54,050 nt of DNA from Octopus bimaculoides (taxonomy: Eukaryota). Below are positions 22,801 to 34,964 of the stretch, piece by piece; within the stretch, counting starts at the first letter, position 1; every line of letters begins with the position of its first letter. The stretch spans positions 32,755,351 through 32,809,400 of the forward strand of contig NC_068985.1 of assembly GCF_001194135.2 (NCBI RefSeq). The letters are read 5' to 3'. A program made the translations under genes and the position numbers. The notes under the pieces were generated by a model. That model worked only from the letters and a program-made list of their open reading frames with translations. It was not told where the DNA came from and did not search any database.

Positions 22801-23572
22801 TTTTCAAAAAGCTATAAGAGATTGATATGTTAGATTATAAAGTTCAGGGTTGATGGAGCGATGGAAGGTTGTGGTTAAAAATCCTTTAATTATGGATTTG
22901 TTTGATCAGGACCCACTTGTGGTTAAGTAACAACAACAATGATAAGAAAAGAAACAACCAGTCAGTTAGAGTAAATGCCACAGTCTCAACCAATTCTCTC
23001 AGCCCTGTCTCCCATCATACTTCTGACATTATTTTTCTCTCTCTTTTTCTCTTACTATCAATTTCTCTCCTGTTCTCTGTCCTTTTTTTCATCTCATGTT
23101 ATCTGTGATGTAGACATGGTAATATAGGTTGTCAGCATCTGTTTTTCCATGCTATATCAGAGTGGAATATTCAAAATGTCTTGAGGAAACTGTTGGTAAC
23201 TGGAATTGGAGTGAATGTGTTTTCTTAGTCTGTGTAGTGATTGTGTTACTTTGTGCTGTTGAAGGAAGCATGGACAGCAGGAGCCAATTAGAAAATGCTT
23301 TAGAGTATTTTGTTCTAGGAGCCATCTTTCTTAGCTATGCTTGTCTCCTTTTCTTTGTTGCCAGCTGTCTTCTTCTTATATCTATCAGACACTATATTCA
23401 CATACATGGACTGTAGCCATGCTGAGTTACCACTTTGAAGAATTTAGTCAAATAAATCACCCCCACTGCTTATTTTTAAAGTCTGGTACTTATTTGATCA
23501 ATCTCTTGTGCTGAACTGCTAAGTTATGGGGATGTAAACAAACCAACATCTGTTGTCAAATGCAAATACAGC

Positions 23573-23634
<62 letters not shown>

Positions 23635-23881
23635 TATACACACACAAACTCACACACACATGCAAACTCACAACACACTCACTCACATGAACATATGCAA
23701 ACACAAAGCTCATCTACATACTCAGTCACTCATACACTACATCCAATCTAACTCTCTTTCTTTCTCACTCTCTCTCTCTCTCTCTCACACACACTGACAC
23801 ACACATGAATATATACGTGCACTCAGACACATACACAGCATAAATTCTTTTCCACTGTCTGTCTGTCTCTCTCTCTCTCTC

Positions 23882-23958
<77 letters not shown>

Positions 23959-24289
23959 TAATACATATGCATAAAAGTTCATGATTGCTGTCAGAGTATG
24001 TTTACTCCAAAATAATTGCATAATAATATTTTCCTGTTTTTTTTCTCTTTTATATATATAAAAAAAATTCTGTGTAAACTGGTTTGTTTCCTGTCAGCTG
24101 TCATGTCTGGCTGTAAATTTGGCTCTCTCCACTCGTTCTGGAACATTCTGTTGTTTTCTTTTCCAAATATATTAATTTCAATGTCAAATATCCAAATATT
24201 AAAAGTTTTAGAAATGATGAAATACATTTACTATTATGATTTCATCTTAGCCAGGGATAGTAACTCAGGAAAATAGTATAATTCATTTA

Positions 24290-24615
24290 TTTTTACTTGT
24301 TTCAGTCATTAGAAAAATGACCATGCTGGAGCACCATAAACCCCAGTACTTATTTTTTAAAAATCTGGTACTTATTTTATCAGATTCTTTTGTTGAACTG
24401 CAAAATTATAGACGTATGCAAACCAAACATAACAACACACACACACAAATACATGATAGGCTTCCATACAGTTTCCATTTACCAAGTTCATGCACACAAC
24501 ATTGGTCAGCCTGACATTATAGTGGAAGACAGTAGCTCAAGCTGCTACAAAGTGTGACTGGACCCAAAACCACAAGGTTGCAAAGCAAGCTTCTAACTGT
24601 ACAACCATACCAGCT
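24290..24615 (-). mobile_element. tRNA-derived SINE family A
   Basis: ttttacttgtttcagtcatt...ccatgctggagcacc...aatctggtacttatt...; matches 8358-8755. A partial copy also lies at ~23410-23580. Confidence 0.75.
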
Positions 24616-25009
24616 CCTTATTTTTTTTTCTGTTAAAAGGAAAAACAACAAACATTAAAAAAATGAGAAAAAAGAGCAAGCGAAAAGTCTGCATCTTTTT
24701 TTCACTATTGGTTTGTTCTGTTTGTTCACTATGTGTTTGTTCTCATCAATTTTGGTGGACTGTGCCATTGACCTTTGTAACCCCACCAAGACTGACAATA
24801 TTGGCATGGTTAATATTTCTCTTGTATCATTACAGGTTAATAGCTGCAGGAAAAAAATGTTCAGGGTTGGACTTCCAGATGGCTGACATACTGGACAGAT
24901 GGGACTGGAATAGGAGTTTGTACTGTAAGTGGACACAATATGGGTGACAATGGAGTGAGTTTTGAGTGTCTGAATAAAGGTGGCTTGAGACTAGTGAAAT
25001 CCTATGAGC

Positions 25010-25930
25010 AGAAGCTATTATAGTAGTGATAGTAGTAACAGAAAAGGCAGAGAGGAGCCAGCAAGCCTATGGCCTTTTTGAATGTAATGGCCTTTTTGAA
25101 TGTAATGGCCTTTTTGAATGTAATGGCCTTTTTGAATGTAATGGCCTTTTAAAATGCACTTTAGGATGCATTTATGTATAGCAGTAGCACTATTCAAAAT
25201 GTTGGTGCCATATTGAGCCCTGTAGAGGGTTAGTAGCATTTGGGAACTGAAGTATTTTGTGATTTTGAAAAAAAAGGTTGCTCTTTGAAATGCTATCTTT
25301 GAGATTCTGTCTTTGCAATATTCAGTATGTGCCTTTACCAGTGATTCTAAATGATGGTGAGGTTAAGTAGTTGTAATGGCATTAGGGTTTCTCGCTGCCT
25401 GCTGTCCATATTTAGGATAAATGAATATGATAATATTTTTTTGATGCATGTTTTTGTGTTGTTGAAGGAGACAAAATTAGTATGACCCCACTGGATGTTT
25501 TTGAGGTCTCTGTTCAGGGAGGTTGTGCTGATATTGAGAAGATGACTAAATGGCATACAGGATGATGCTCAGATTTAGATGATAAAGAAAGGATAAAGAC
25601 ATCATCTGTGTAGAAGTGGGCATTGATGAAAGTGATGGCAAGTTGATTACTGATATTTAAGAAGCAGTGTATAGGAGACAATCCCAAACTTTGGAATATA
25701 GCAGAACTAATAGAGTGTGAATCTGAGGGAACTCCATCAGCCCATACAGTAATGTTATAATTGGACTGGAAGCCATGAATCTAAGAGACAACTGGTGGAT
25801 TGAACCCTTAAGCAGGTAATTTGCCAGGAGATTTGCATGACAGATGCAGGTGAATGCTTTGCTGATAAGTTCATCAACAGTATTTTCACAAAATTCCATG
25901 ACAGAATAACATAGGAGGGAATGTAGGTCT
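25010..25930 (-). mobile_element. CR1/L2-like LINE RT relic
   Basis: DELISKAFTCICHANLL (for LDISKAFDRVWH..LL), QWGHTNFVSFNNTKT and MLLTLYRAQ. Confidence 0.75.
25069..25150. repeat. 18-bp tandem repeat, 4.5 copies
   Basis: atggcctttttgaatgta at 25069, 25087, 25105 and 25123, with a partial copy at 25141. Confidence 0.95.
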
Positions 25931-26578
25931 CTAATAGATCTTGTTTACAATAGCTTTACTTTCATAAAGAATAGTATTTGAAAAAGTCATTAAGGAGAAA
26001 AAGATAGATAGATAAATAGATAGACAGATAGAGAGAGGGGAAGAGGGGGAGAGGGGGAGAGGGGAGAGAGAGATGCTAGAGAAGGTACTTGTTAATAACT
26101 ATCTCCATCACCTTTAAGATATTGAAGTGATAGGATGATAATTGTCAGTGTCAGAGGTTCTCCTTGTGAACAGGATAGATTATGGCATGTTTCCAAAGAT
26201 TGGGACATTTGATGAAGATAACTGAAGACATTTGATGAAGATAACTGGCATTGTCTGAGGGTAATGGAAGGGGCATGGTCAGGACTGAGGGCCTTATTGG
26301 TTTGAAACAACCAAAGATGTTTTAACACTTGTCATGTATGTGTACATGGTGGCAATCCTAACAGAGTGGAGAATAGATAGTTTTTAAGAAGGTTTAGCAA
26401 ATGTCTAAGGCATAGAGCTGGATGTAAAGCAAGCAACACATGTGGAGGTGGTTTTCTCTAAAAAGTTCTGCTTAGAGAACCATCTGATGTCAGCTTGAGA
26501 TGCTAAAAATAGCAGTGAATTCTTTCTCAAACCACATCTTTATTACCTTAGGAAATGAAAGATGCATTGAATAGTGTA

Positions 26579-27503
26579 TTGGGTCATCCCATAAATAATG
26601 TGATTTTCTAATACTTCTTTTATTTTTCAAAATTAAGATTAACAAAGTTCTTTTTTAATGTAAAATATATTCTCCTTCATTTTCTACAATGCTCTTCCAT
26701 CTATCTGGTAGACTTGCAGGGCTCCTCTTCCAAAATTCACTTGTCCATGATGAAAAATACCCCTCCAGTACTGTTCTGACCTCATCTGCAGAATTCATAT
26801 TTATTCTGTCCAAATGATTTTAAAGACTGCGGAATAAATGATAATTAGATGGGGCAATGTCCGGTGAATATGGTAGGTGGAGCATCGTTTTCCATTCAAA
26901 CTGCTCCAGCCTTTGGAATGTCATCCTCACTGTATGCAGCTAAGCATTATCCTTATGGAAGAACACCTTTTGTCTTGAAACCAAAGATGGTCATTTTTCT
27001 TCTAGCACTAACTTGAATGATTGGTTGAATGACCACATCCAAGCTTCTCTGCTAGAACCTCAACAGTTACGATGGTATTTTGTTCCACCAGGGTTTGCAG
27101 GACATCCTCTTTGAGCTCTACAGATCTTCCAGGACAAGACTTGTCTTCTAGACTGTAGTTTCTGGCTTGGAATTTTTGGAACCACCGTTGACACTGGCTT
27201 ATGTCTATTGTCCAATGCCCATACACTGCATTAATATTCCTCACACTTTCCATTGCATTGTTGCCTTTATTGAACTCATAAAGCAAAATATGCTGAATAT
27301 GCTCCTTTGTCACTTCCATTACAGCTTTGAAAAAATAACTGTTAAAATCGAGCTGCACTCTTCAAAACTTGCACTAAGAATAAGTACAAGGTAAAATTAC
27401 TACCTGTTTTTATAGCAAGTTGATGCAGGTAGTTTAACCCATTCCCCTTCAACTTTTAGTTCATGCAACTGAAAAAAACTGCATTATTTATGGGATGACC
27501 CAA
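26579..27503 (-). mobile_element. Complete-ended, internally deleted mariner (925 bp)
   Basis: Perfect 22-bp TIR ttgggtcatcccataaataatg with TA at 26577-78 and 27504-05. N-terminus MEVTKEHIQHILLYEFNKGNNA..QRWFQKFQ..SLEDK..GR; C-terminus HKDNA..YSPDIAPSNYHLFRSL..IVENEGEYILH*; the segment with the first catalytic D is missing. Confidence 0.95.
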
Positions 27504-27709
27504 TAGTTCTAGACATATACAAAAATCATGATGAGATAGTCATGGCTGGAATGCCTTTGATAATAGGCATACTTAATCAGGGCTGACCAGGTGGTAAGTA
27601 TCAAAAACATCGACAAAATAAGTTTGAAAAAGACCAACATGAAAATCATTATTATTTATATTAAAAAAATGAACTGCATCCATTTCTAGATAGAGCTTGT
27701 TCTCTTTTT

Positions 27710-27710
<1 letters not shown>

Positions 27711-27789
<79 letters not shown>
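27711..27789. repeat. (AG)n microsatellite, representative of many
   Basis: Pure AG run. Other long arrays include (AC)n 23574-23630 and 23884-23956, (TC)n 30008-30180, (TATC)n 32455-32500, (TTC)n 46326-46468 and (TG)n 51660-51700. Confidence 0.98.
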
Positions 27790-27792
<3 letters not shown>

Positions 27793-28241
27793 GTGCTTTT
27801 TCTAGGTCAGCATTGAAGGATAAGTTTTTATTGGAAGTATAAATAATTTTGATATTTATACTTTTCTCAAAGGTATTAGGGATGTAAACAGAGTGAAAGT
27901 TACAATAAGGAATTAAGACGATCATTACAAACTCGATTTGTCTGAAGCTTATCTTTGTCTTTTTGTTACGACACTTCTCATGAAGTACATGTGTTTTTGT
28001 TAGTTATGAAAATAACCAAAAATTTGAAGGAATTTAGTAAACTAACCTTTATTAAACAAATTTTTAAATGCAAGTTAACAAAAATTACAATGGGAAGTTT
28101 TATAGATGGAACTGAAGGCTTGTGATACCTGTGGAGTATCTCCTTCTCCTATTACAATTATTTCTGGAGTCTTAAGGATCTGGAACTTGAAGAAGAAGCT
28201 TACAAGTGGAGTGCAATTCAATAGTAGTTTATTTTAGTTCT

Positions 28242-28499
28242 CGTTCATGTAGCTCATTCCCGGTGACCATCTTCATGACAGCGTGTGGTTCGTTATAGCT
28301 CCGTTCACGTGAGGTTCATAACCTCCGGAGATAACAGGTGAAGTTAGAGCGGGCTAAGAGTCTGGTGTGAGCTGCCAGCTTCGCAGTGTTTTTGAGGGTA
28401 GACGAGAATGAAAGAATAAAATATCTTAATTCTCCTGTTTAAATAGTCGTTGCCGACGAGAATCTCGCGCATGGCAAATGGTTGCAGGCACGATCACGC
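28242..28499. promoter_or_regulatory. CpG-rich island, candidate unmethylated promoter
   Basis: 17 CpGs in 258 bp against almost none in the flanks; TCTCGCGCA at 28463-28471; not recognised as a repeat. Confidence 0.4.
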
Positions 28500-29608
28500 T
28501 CCTGTCTTAGACATGGTAATGGTTACCAGCTAGATCTCATACAAAATGGTGCTGGCTTCTTGTGCCTTGCTACAGTTTTAATTCAAATACCAATACTTGA
28601 AAACAGGAGGTTTGTATCAAAGAAATAAAAGCAGTCTGATGTGGGCTGATATCAGAAGATTTAACAAGCTTTTCTTATCACAATTATTTTTATAATTTTC
28701 TTATTTCATCATTATGTTCAGCTGTGATCTTTCTGTATCAGCCTTTATTTTAAGCATCTTAACAGAAAACCAAAATTATACTCAAATCTGACACAACTGA
28801 ATGTGGTAAAACTGAAAATTAAGTTTTCTTGTTTGAAGATTAATTAAAAATGAAGATTATATGATCTTTAATCAGAAACTAGAATGTGCTACTCGCAACA
28901 CATGTCAATAATAATTATTAAAAATTTTGAAATATTTATTCCAATATTTATCTGAAAGGACATTCTTAAGAGCCTACGTGCAACATCTGAGATAAATATT
29001 TAATTTTTCCCATAATAGATTTATTTTACAAATTATTTTTCAATTCAACTATGATGAGAGTTAAAGGAAAGTTTTTGGCTAATTGAGTCTATGACTTGAT
29101 TTTGATTTTCTCTTTGTCTCTATTACATTATTTTTACTGATCAATAATGCATTTCTTGTCACTTCTTAGGCTTTACACCACATAAGAAATTGTCCCTAAA
29201 ATTCAATACCATAACAATGAACATACCTTTTAAAAGTGATGATGATCAGAATGTATTTGTCTATATTAGGGTGTGTCACCCATTATATTCCATGTACTGC
29301 CCTCCTACCCTCTTTATTGTCCTCTCATCTATTTCTCACCTCTACCCCTATTCACTATACCATACTATCCATATAACAAGGAATAGTACTGGATCTGTTT
29401 GTACTATCCAACAATCACTAGTTATCACTCTTCCCTCTCTTCCATCATGCTGCCTGTGTAATGAAGGATGACATTAAGTTTGCTTGCATTCAATGCATTC
29501 TTCCATTACCATTTTTTTTACTATTAGCCATCATGCTCTTTCCCCTTCATACTCACTATTGATATTTACTATTCTTTCTTATCATCACTCTTCTCTATTG
29601 CAATCCCC

Positions 29609-29657
<49 letters not shown>

Positions 29658-30006
29658 TATTTTTATTGGTATTCTTCAATACTTTATCATCTCTCACACA
29701 TTACTCACTTCTCCATCACTCTTTATTGATGTACATCACTTTTCCTCTTCCATCACCTGGCCTCACTCAATCATACCCTTTTTTCCTATCATGCCACTCA
29801 TGCTGTTTTTCTATTAAATTCCCAAATCAATTAACCAACATGTAGCTGCTGTAGAAACTATGTTATGTCTAGTTCATAAGTGTGAGACATAGACACCGTC
29901 TAATCTAGGAAGGCAGCAATTCTAAATAAGAACTGATTCAGTCGATGTCAATTGCTCCAAACCAAGCCAGTATAGAAAGCATGTGGAAAATGATAAGGCT
30001 GATGAT

Positions 30007-30075
<69 letters not shown>

Positions 30076-30140
30076 NNNNNNNNNNNNNNNNNNNNNNNNN
30101 NNNNNNNNNNNNNNNNNNNNNNNNNNNNNNNNNNNNNNNN

Positions 30141-30197
<57 letters not shown>

Positions 30198-30219
30198 TTA
30201 TATACACACATATATACAT

Positions 30220-30250
<31 letters not shown>

Positions 30251-30469
30251 CACACACACACACATACATGCACACACACACATATATTTTGTCGCACATA
30301 TTTATACATCATTATATATATATATATATGTATGTATGTATGTATGCAAGTATGTATGTCTATAGACATGCATACAAACATACATTTTTCAATATTTTTA
30401 TGCACCATTATATGTGTGTGTCTGTGTGTGAGTGTGTGTGTGTGCATGTGTAAATATAGATATATATAT

Positions 30470-30725
30470 ACGTACAAGGAGAAGTTAAAAAATTATTTGC
30501 ACTTTCGCCATAACATTTCTTTATTATTATCACACTGCCTTCTGCACATGTATGCTTATGATTGGTACTATTGTGGTTATGTGATCGAAGTTTGAGCTTG
30601 ATCACACCATTTTTCTTTCTGGTTTTACAGTTTAAGCATGGCCAATCCACTAGCAATGTGCACCAAAGAAGAACTAAGAGCAATGATCCGATTTCTTTGG
30701 TTGGAAGCTGTGTCAGATGCTGGAA
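30470..30725 (+). mobile_element. Mariner 5' end fragment
   Basis: ATG at 30638 gives MANPLAMCTKEELRAMIRFLWLE (mariner EE.RA.IRFL N-terminus); truncated before a (TACA)n run. Confidence 0.7.
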
Positions 30726-31522
30726 AAGGGGTTACAATCTATGTATGTATATACATACATACATACATACTTACATACATACATACATACTTAAATACAT
30801 ACATACATACATTTCCCACTAAAGATTAGAGAAAAAGAGAACTACACCGAGCTACTGAGAAATTTACAGATACTCCACCCAGACTACAAGTTCAGATTCA
30901 TACCCGTGATTGTTGGGGCATTGGGATATGTAATGAACTGCCTCAACAAAAACCTGGAAAAATTAGGGTTCTCAAAACCTGAAAGAAAAAGGCTGATTAG
31001 AAGACTACAGATTCAAGCCATCAATGGAACTGTAAAGATATGTAAAACTTTCCAAAAATTTAGCATATAAATACATATGCATGCATCTAGACAAAAAAAC
31101 GCATCCATAAAACAAACATACAAATCTGTGCATACACTAACACCAAATACTGTACACACACACATATGCACAAATACCTAGATGATGTTGATAAAAGTTC
31201 CAATGAAGGAGCCTTGAATCTATGTTAGAGTCCGGCTCTTTCTCTATGGACAAGAAATACAGAAATGAAACTGATTGATAACATACATACATACATACAT
31301 ACATACATGTATACATACATGCATACATATATACATACATACATCTATATACTAACACATGCACACAAACATAATCGCACATACATTTTTTCTGTTTTTA
31401 TATATATATTTTTTTCCATTTCCTTGACTCTCCAAGCATATTATGTTTGTCATCAATATGTTATACATGAACAACAAAACTCATGACACTGCCAAGTAAC
31501 AAAGAGTAGTCTCAGCAAAACA

Positions 31523-32410
31523 TCATCATCATCATCATTTAAAGTCCGTTGTCCATGGGTTGGACAGTTTGACCAGGACTTGTAAGCTGAGGGGCTGCAC
31601 TAGACTCTAGTCTGATTTGGCATGGTTTCTACAGCTGGATGCCCTTCCTAATGCCAACCACTCCGAGAGTGTAATGGGTGCTTTTACATGCCACCAGCAT
31701 GGGTGAAAGTTATGTGACACCAGCATCGGTCACATTGCCTCCATATGGCCCAGCACTTGAATGGTGCTTTTTATGTGCCACCAGCACAGGTGCTAGTTAT
31801 GTGACACCAGCACTGGCCATGGCTATGATTTCACTTGGCTTGATAGGTCTTCTCAAGCACAGCCTATTATCAAAGGTCTTATTTATTAGTCATTGCCTCC
31901 AAGAGGCTCAACATTCGAAGATCCTGTTTCACCACCTCATCCCATGTCTTCCTGGGTCTACCTTTACCACAGGTTCCCTCCACAGTTAGAGATTGGCACT
32001 GTATCTCATCTCGACTAACCATTTGGGCTATGACCCTCTCTGTGACTTCATCACCTGATCTTACAATTTGATACCTTTGTAATTATTTCTATCTAAAGCA
32101 CCACCTTTACCTTTGTGGCAGCTGACTATGGTGCTGCTACACCAGTCATTGGGTATGACTCCTTCATGTACCACTTGATGAACTATACAAGTGACTAGAC
32201 CATTGCCCACACCACCAGATATTTTAAGCATCTTAGTGGTGATTCCTGATGGGCCAGGGGCTTTCCTTGTATTCATATCCTTCATGGCTTTGTCTACAAT
32301 ACTATCGGATTGCTAGGTTCTCTATTGGATCAACATTTGGTAGACTCTCCTTCTTTCGTGACTTCTCTACATTTCGTTGCCTTTCCAAGCCTCTTTCTTG
32401 GCAGAGTCAC
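31523..32410 (-). mobile_element. Internally deleted RTE LINE (early RT joined to the 3' UTR and tail)
   Basis: RKAPGPSGITTKMLKISGGVG...GVIPNDWCSSTIVSCHKGKGGALDRNNYKGIKL, followed within ~70 bp by 3' UTR sequence with ggttggcattaggaagggcatccagctgtagaaacc and (gat)n. Confidence 0.85.
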
Positions 32411-32453
32411 TAACTGCAAGTGAGCTATCATCCATGCAAACACACATAATGTG

Positions 32454-32492
<39 letters not shown>

Positions 32493-32506
32493 ATCTATCT
32501 GCATAT

Positions 32507-32693
32507 ATTTAAATAATAAGGGTGAAAAATTGAATATTAATATCAATTTAAAACCAGTGGCCTAGCATATTGAAAAATCTGAAGATTCAGAATAATTTTT
32601 CTGAATCTTCAGATTTTTCAATATTCTAGACCACTGGTTTTAAATTGATATTAATCAAATTAATATTCAATTTTTCACCCTTATTATTTAAAT
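32507..32693. repeat. Long near-perfect palindrome (86-bp arm, 6-nt loop), MITE-like
   Basis: 32507-32592 is the reverse complement of 32599-32693 apart from a 9-nt insertion and 2 mismatches. Confidence 0.92.
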
Positions 32694-33594
32694 TTAAATA
32701 ACCATGTTCTCTAACCGGCAAAATTCACTGCAGAGAATTATTTTCTGCAGAATTATTTCCTGTATTTTGGCGTGCCAAAATGAAGACTTTTGAAATATAA
32801 CCCCAAATGTAATTGGTAGAACTATATGCATGTTCAATCTTATGCGGACGTCTCGTGTATAGTTCTGCAAATTATATTTTGCTATGACGATCACACTGAT
32901 GAATTGCAGACATTTGCGTAAGTATTACGTAAGTGGTAACAATGAAACTGGGTATGTGATTAATCTTTATATTTTGTATCTTTTCATTTGTCTTGCTCGC
33001 TTACGTTCTGGCGTTTGCTGAATTTTCTTGAGAACAATCTTTTCTTAGTGGTCAGACATCTAGCATAATGGATGTCCACTTAGTGGTCATCATTCTTATA
33101 TGTATATCTGCATATATGTATATTTAACAGGAATTTAATAATATTTGTTAATTTCTTTGGCTCCCAATTATGGATGAGGAAAACATCAGACCGTGGTTGG
33201 TGGAAAGAACATGCTGAGATCATCCAGCAGTGGACTGAACATGCACANNNNNNNNNNNNNNNNNNNNNNNNNNNNNNNNNNNNNNNNNNNNNNNNNNNNN
33301 NNNNNNNNNNNNNNNNNNNNNNNNNNNNNNNNNNNNNNNNNNNNNNNNNNNNNNNNNNNNNNNNNNNNNNNNNNNNNNNNNNNNNNNNNNNNNNNNNNNN
33401 NNNNNNNNNNNNNNNNNNNNNNNNNNNNNNNNNNNNNNNNNNNNNNNNNNNNNNNNNNNNNNNNNNNNNNNNNNNNNNNNNNNNNNNNNNNNNNNNNNNN
33501 NNNNNNNNNNNNNNNNNNNNNNNNNNNNNNNNNNNNNNNNNNNNNNNNNNNNNNNNNNNNNNNNNNNNNNNNNNNNNNNNNNNNNNNNNNNNNN

Positions 33595-33645
<51 letters not shown>

Positions 33646-34221
33646 TATATATATACATATCGTTGTCATCATCATCATCATCATCATCATCATTTAATGT
33701 CCATTGTCCATGCTGGCATGGGTTGGACAGTTGAATGTTACTACTAGTTTAACCCCCGCAGATTCTCTGCCAGCTGATTATTGGTGCAATGCTCTGCACC
33801 CTTTATATACAATATATCGCTAGCAGGGGGAGCGAACCCCTACTACCCTCTAGCAAATCGCGGGACTGATTCAGTTTCACTTTACTGTTTAGTATACATT
33901 ACTACTCTATCTCTTCTCGAGATTTTATAACTAGCTATTTTGCTTGTTGGAAATCAGTGATTGATGGTCACTTTGTTTACAATATATTGTTGGTAGTAAC
34001 AATTCAAGTTCCACTTTGATGTAGTGATTTGCTTTACTATATAAATATAAATATATAGTAAAGATTATATGCCAACATAATGTGGCAGTCCTGGTTGGAA
34101 CAGATGTTACTGTTATTTAACCCCAGAAAACATCGTCTCCAGATGGCTATATGACACACTATCTGTGTCCTTATATTTTTGAACAAGTGAGTTTAGCATC
34201 CCCACTCAGCCCAAAGCAATA

Positions 34222-34266
34222 TCTGCATACCGTGGTTTCTGGGTTATTTTTCTTCATTAGCACAGA
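34222..34266 (-). ncRNA. Decayed hammerhead motif in the inverted unit
   Basis: Minus strand tctgtg-CTAATGA-agaaaaataaccca-GAAA-ccacgg-TA-tgcaga; the core carries a G>A mutation. Confidence 0.5.
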
Positions 34267-34680
34267 ATAACTGCTTGGCTAGTGATAGCGCTGCTAAATT
34301 CTTGTTTGAAAATATATAATTTTCAAAGTGACACATAGTCCCTGATCTAATAAATAGAAAGATTATTTCTAAATCTCTCAATGAGAGACGTTCGGTAAAC
34401 TCCCTTGTTCAAAAATATAAGGACACAGATAGTGTGTCGTATAACCAGTTGGAGATTATGTTTTCTTGGGCTAAATAGCAGTAACATTCATCCCAACCAA
34501 GACTGCCACATTATGTTGGCAAATAATCTTTACTTTAGAGTAATATTACTGAATGTCTCTCACTGAGAGATTTAGAAATAATAATTTTTCTATTTATCAG
34601 ATCAGTGACTGTGTGTCACTTTGAAAATTATATATTTTCAAACAAGAATTTAGCAGTGCCATCTCTAGCCAAGCAGTTAT

Positions 34681-34725
34681 TCTGTGCTGATGAAGATAAA
34701 TAAGCCAGAAACCATGGTACACAGA
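34681..34725 (+). ncRNA. Type I hammerhead ribozyme motif (stem II degenerate)
   Basis: tctgtg-CTGATGA-agataaataagcca-GAAA-ccatgg-TA-cacaga: 6-bp stem I, intact core, palindromic stem III and a GUA cleavage triplet. Confidence 0.65.
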
Positions 34726-34929
34726 TATTTCTTTGTGCTGAGTGAGGACACTTGTTAGAAAATATAAGAATAGTGTGTCATACAGCCAGCTGAATACAAT
34801 GTTTTCAAGGGCTAAATAACAGTAACATGTGTTCCAACTAGGACTGCCACATTATGTTGGTAAATAATCTTTACTTTAGAGTACTGTTACTGAATGTCTC
34901 TCATTGAGAGATTTAGAAGTAATAATATT

Positions 34930-34964
<35 letters not shown>

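Larger units (their letters stand above)
34057..34928. repeat. ~350-bp unit array: one inverted unit (34057-34398) abutting 1.5 tandem units (34396-34928)
   Basis: cttgtt.aaaatataag recurs at 34404 and 34751 (period 347); 34057-34398 is the reverse complement of one unit length. Confidence 0.9.

Noticed and set aside
25018-25239. ORF with (KGHYIQ)n repeats as a repeat protein
   Set aside because: It is an 18-bp tandem duplication inside a dead CR1/L2 RT.
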